IMG/VR virus record: IMGVR_UViG_3300027747_002957
DNA from: an uncultured virus (IMG/VR IMGVR_UViG_3300027747_002957)
Taxonomy: Duplodnaviria > Heunggongvirae > Uroviricota > Caudoviricetes
Reading direction: 5' to 3' (one strand)
DNA: 64,000 nt
The notes beneath the pieces are model-generated. The model was not told where the DNA came from. It searched no databases and worked only from the letters and a program-made list of their open reading frames with translations. The first letter of the stretch is position 1. Each line of letters begins with the position of its first letter. The translations under genes and the position numbers were made by a program. This document shows positions 60,540 through 64,000 of this stretch, one piece after another.

Positions 60540-61352
60540 ATGAGCACGGCCAGGCTCATAGCATTTGGCGACAGCTGGACCTGGGGCAGCGAGCTGCGAG
60601 ACCCAAGCATACCAGGCTTGCGCGAGGACTTTGACCATCGAGACAGTGGCTATAGGCTTGAGCATGTGTGGAGCAGCTGCCTCGGTCGTGCCATTGGCAG
60701 AGATGACGTGATAAATCTAGCTTGGCCTGGCTGCAGCAATGACACCATTCTGCGCAGTCTCACCGAGTGGCTGATCACACAGGGATATCTGCAGGGCCAG
60801 GACCCGAGCAGGGATCTAGTAGCCATAGGTTGGACCAGCCCTGAACGCAGAGATTTTTGGTTCCATGACGTGGATGATCCCAGCTGCGTCGATCGGGGGT
60901 GGTTGACCATGTATCCCATGTGGACTCACACCTACAAGCATGCTGCAATCAACAGGTTCAGCAGAGAATACGTGCGGTATTGGTGGCATGCTGCGGAATA
61001 CATGCATCGCTATATCAACACCATACATCGTGCTCAGCAGCTGCTAGAGGCCGCAGGCGTTGAATACTTCATGTTTCAGGCCATATACCACCATCATCAG
61101 CAGCTGATCACCGAATGGAATGATCAGCAGTATCAGGTCCAGCACGAGCTGAAGATCAGCGACGCAGACAGGCAGATATGGCAGCTGATAGACGGTGATC
61201 GATTCATGCACAAGGATCAACCTCTGGCCACGTTTCACAATCACATAATCGGAGACCGTGATCCCAGAGAAGTTCTGCTGATCAGCCATCCCAACGAGCT
61301 GGGCCATCGACTGTGGGCTGATCATATCTGTGATTGGTTGACGCAGCGATGA
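60540..61352 (+). CDS. SGNH-like hydrolase/acyltransferase
   Basis: FGDSWTWG, NLA.PG.SN, HPN..GH. Confidence 0.75.
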   Translation: MSTARLIAFGDSWTWGSELRDPSIPGLREDFDHRDSGYRLEHVWSSCLGRAIGRDDVINLAWPGCSNDTILRSLTEWLITQGYLQGQDPSRDLVAIGWTSPERRDFWFHDVDDPSCVDRGWLTMYPMWTHTYKHAAINRFSREYVRYWWHAAEYMHRYINTIHRAQQLLEAAGVEYFMFQAIYHHHQQLITEWNDQQYQVQHELKISDADRQIWQLIDGDRFMHKDQPLATFHNHIIGDRDPREVLLISHPNELGHRLWADHICDWLTQR

Positions 61353-62095
61353 GAGCAGCTGTTTTTCTCAGAGGCCACAGGCGTACCTGGGATCAGACCC
61401 GCGACGCCATGACCCAGACCATGTCAGCCATCTGTGACCAAACCCACTACTATATCTGCCAATGGCGCACAGACAGCTGCAGAGATTTCGATGCTTACAG
61501 AGACATGCAGATCATGCATGCGGAGCTAACAGGTCCCGAGCATTGGGATATCGCAGACAACATCAACAGCGCTACTGCGCCTAGCTGGCAATCGCTGCGT
61601 TGTTATAAAGCTATGAAGGCCACTGGCATTGACTATGACATGATCATCGATACCAGATCAGATATCTGGATATCGCCCACTGAGATCAAGATTAGCCTGC
61701 CTCGGCAGGGAGAGATCTACACCACCAAGCTGGAGAATCCCTGGTATGACAGTGTGATGCCTGGCATGGAGGATCACTTGTTTGCTGCCGAACCAACCAC
61801 CATGGGTATATGGTGCCAAAGGCACCTGAGACCACGCAGTGACATCAGCTTCAATCACTGCATACTGTGGCAATACTGCGTGGATCTAGGGCTTGAACCA
61901 AGGCAGATACCGTGGTTATTGTCACGGTTCGTGCGTCCAAACGTGGGCCATGCACCGCAGCATGACAGCGGGTTGTTGAGTACCCTGCAGCATGAATGGA
62001 CAGGCCTTTCGCAGCAAGCAAGGCTGGCCCACTGCTTGGCTATGGGCATCGATCCCAGAGAATATGCGGCAGAATATCACATAGGACCATGTTAA
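61349..62095 (+). CDS. hypothetical protein
   Basis: AVFLRG..R, YD.II..R.D; coupled to the upstream gene. Confidence 0.7.
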   Translation: MRAAVFLRGHRRTWDQTRDAMTQTMSAICDQTHYYICQWRTDSCRDFDAYRDMQIMHAELTGPEHWDIADNINSATAPSWQSLRCYKAMKATGIDYDMIIDTRSDIWISPTEIKISLPRQGEIYTTKLENPWYDSVMPGMEDHLFAAEPTTMGIWCQRHLRPRSDISFNHCILWQYCVDLGLEPRQIPWLLSRFVRPNVGHAPQHDSGLLSTLQHEWTGLSQQARLAHCLAMGIDPREYAAEYHIGPC

Positions 62096-62151
62096 CACTT
62101 GCTGAACTGGCCGCGCGAACCGCATAATTATCTCATAGCCGGAGGACAGAC

Positions 62152-63312
62152 ATGCGCGTGGGTATGATAGGTTTGGGCAAGCTGGGCTTGCCTGTGGCAG
62201 AGGCCATGGCAAGAACACATGATGTCATGGGCACTGACATACGACCAGTGACCACTGAACGTGTCAAGCTGGGCACCTTGGCCGAAGTGGCTGCTCACAG
62301 CGAGATACTGTTCATAGCAGTGCCAACACCGCACGACCCGGCCTACGATGGCAGTGCTCCCACCAGCCACTTGCCCAGCAAGGATTTTGATTACAGCACC
62401 GTGATCGCTGTGCTGCAGCAGCTAGAACACTGTGACATCGAAAACACAACAGTGGTGCTGATCAGCACAGTGCTGCCAGGCACGCTACGCAGGCAGCTGG
62501 CTAGGCATATCAGCAAGACCAACTTGGTCTACAATCCCTATCTCATAGCCATGGGCACCGTGGCACACGACATGGTCCATCCAGAGATGATACTGATCGG
62601 CACGGCCACTGGCACAGAAGATGCTGCCGTGGAACAGCTCAGGGCATTCTATGCGCCCATGATGCAGAACGATCCCAGGGTGATCACAGGCACCTGGGAA
62701 GAGATGGAAGCCATCAAGATCTTCTACAACACCTTCATCTCAGCCAAGATTGGCCTGGTCAACATGATACAGGACGTGGCCGAGAGAGTGGGTAACATGG
62801 ACAGCGACTTGGTTGCCCGTGCGCTGGCAGACAGCACGCAGAGGATCATGGGTCCGGCCTACATGAAACCAGGCATGGGCGACGGTGGACCCTGCCATCC
62901 CAGAGACAACATAGCACTGCGCTGGTTGGCCCAGCGCTTGGACCTGGGCTATGATCTGTTTGACGGCATCATGCGTGCTCGCGAAGTGCAGGCCGACAAC
63001 CTAGCACGCGAGCTGGTCAGCCACAACCTACCCGTGGTCATACTGGGCAAGAGCTACAAGCAGGGCGTGGATCACACAGACGGCAGCTATAGCCTGCTGG
63101 TTGGACACTGCTGCGAGTCCAGAGGTGCTGTGGTCAGCTATGATGCGATCAGCCTGGCCCCAGCTGTGTATCTGCTGGCACATCAGCGCTATTACACAAC
63201 AGAGATGGAACAGATTGCTCAGGGCAGCGTGGTGGTGGATCCATGGCGCAGTACCACAGTGCCAGATGGCATAGAGCTGATACCCTATGGTAACACGAGA
63301 AGCATCACATGA
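62152..63312 (+). CDS. ugd: UDP-glucose/GDP-mannose dehydrogenase family
   Basis: GLGKLG, FIAVPTP, STVLPG, K..YN, GGPCHPRD. Confidence 0.9.
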   Translation: MRVGMIGLGKLGLPVAEAMARTHDVMGTDIRPVTTERVKLGTLAEVAAHSEILFIAVPTPHDPAYDGSAPTSHLPSKDFDYSTVIAVLQQLEHCDIENTTVVLISTVLPGTLRRQLARHISKTNLVYNPYLIAMGTVAHDMVHPEMILIGTATGTEDAAVEQLRAFYAPMMQNDPRVITGTWEEMEAIKIFYNTFISAKIGLVNMIQDVAERVGNMDSDLVARALADSTQRIMGPAYMKPGMGDGGPCHPRDNIALRWLAQRLDLGYDLFDGIMRAREVQADNLARELVSHNLPVVILGKSYKQGVDHTDGSYSLLVGHCCESRGAVVSYDAISLAPAVYLLAHQRYYTTEMEQIAQGSVVVDPWRSTTVPDGIELIPYGNTRSIT

Positions 63313-64000
63313 GCACAGACATACTGAACGGCTACACTCGCCTGGAACATGCCAACACTGAGTTGGCCAAGATAATCAACGTAAACTGGTGCATGGGCAA
63401 CACCTGTAACTTTGAGTGCAGCTACTGCCCCAAGAGCCTGCATGATGGCAGCCATGGTTGGTATGACTATGACAGCGTGCTGCAGTTCTGTGAACGCATC
63501 ATAGATCACTACAAGAGCACCATATACTTTGAGTTCACCGGCGGCGAAGTCACGCTGTGGAAGCACTTCCCAGATCTCTGCCAGTGGCTCAAGGCTCGAG
63601 GCTGCAGGGTAGGTTTCATCAGCAACAGTTCTCGCACCCTGCGCTGGTGGGAAGACATCTTGGATCACGTGGACCACGTGTGCCTCAGCTTCCATCCCGA
63701 AGCAGGTGACAAGTCGCACTTCCTGCAGGTGGCAGCCATGACCAGCCAGCGCATACGCACGCACGTTAACCTCATGATGCTGCCGGATCGCTTTGATGAG
63801 CTCTATGACTTTGCGGTGCGGCTCACGGAGATTACCAACATCAGCATGGCGCTGCAGCCACTGCTGATCAACTTTGGTGAGGAAGTCTATCCCTATGCAC
63901 CAGAGCAGCAGGAACGCATCGACAGGCAGTATGAGCTGGTCAGCAAGCACATCACTCATGATCGGCAGTTTGAAAACTACCGAGGTGCCATGGCCATGGT
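63309..64000 (+). CDS. radical SAM protein (truncated by window end)
   Basis: ATG at 63309; NWCMGNTCNFECSYC, FTGGEVT; open to the end. Confidence 0.88.
   Translation, partial: MSTDILNGYTRLEHANTELAKIINVNWCMGNTCNFECSYCPKSLHDGSHGWYDYDSVLQFCERIIDHYKSTIYFEFTGGEVTLWKHFPDLCQWLKARGCRVGFISNSSRTLRWWEDILDHVDHVCLSFHPEAGDKSHFLQVAAMTSQRIRTHVNLMMLPDRFDELYDFAVRLTEITNISMALQPLLINFGEEVYPYAPEQQERIDRQYELVSKHITHDRQFENYRGAMAM

Noticed and set aside
63285..63959. 224-aa minus-strand ORF
   Set aside because: Shadow of the plus-strand radical SAM gene that runs off the window

Overview
This window looks like part of a large T4-like/jumbo bacteriophage genome, probably infecting an alphaproteobacterium. The host inference rests on a tRNA-His lacking G-1 and carrying U72/A73, a DUF1127 gene, an FdxA-type ferredoxin and an RpoD-like sigma factor. 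Positions ~3.3-26 kb hold a minus-strand stable-RNA region. It contains 35 tRNA genes covering all 20 amino acids, a ~900-nt GOLLD-like RNA and several unrecognised structured or tRNA-like RNAs. Accessory CDSs are interspersed: a PD-(D/E)XK homing-type nuclease, an EcoRI-like nuclease, a GH7/GH16-like hydrolase, two desaturases and PP-loop/QueC-like enzymes. The best candidate for a new system sits at the head of this region (25722-25972). There a promoter fires onto a leaderless 50-codon ORF that uses all 20 amino acids and 39 different codons. The ORF is followed by mutually exclusive antiterminator and terminator hairpins, the layout of a ribosome-coupled attenuator that could switch on the phage tRNA set when any host tRNA is depleted. 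The right half encodes collagen-like virion fibres, cell-wall enzymes, a subtilase, SOD, the sigma factor and many radical SAM genes (12 in the window overall), next to a UDP-sugar dehydrogenase. All calls come from manual reading and motif recognition; no searches or folding programs were run.
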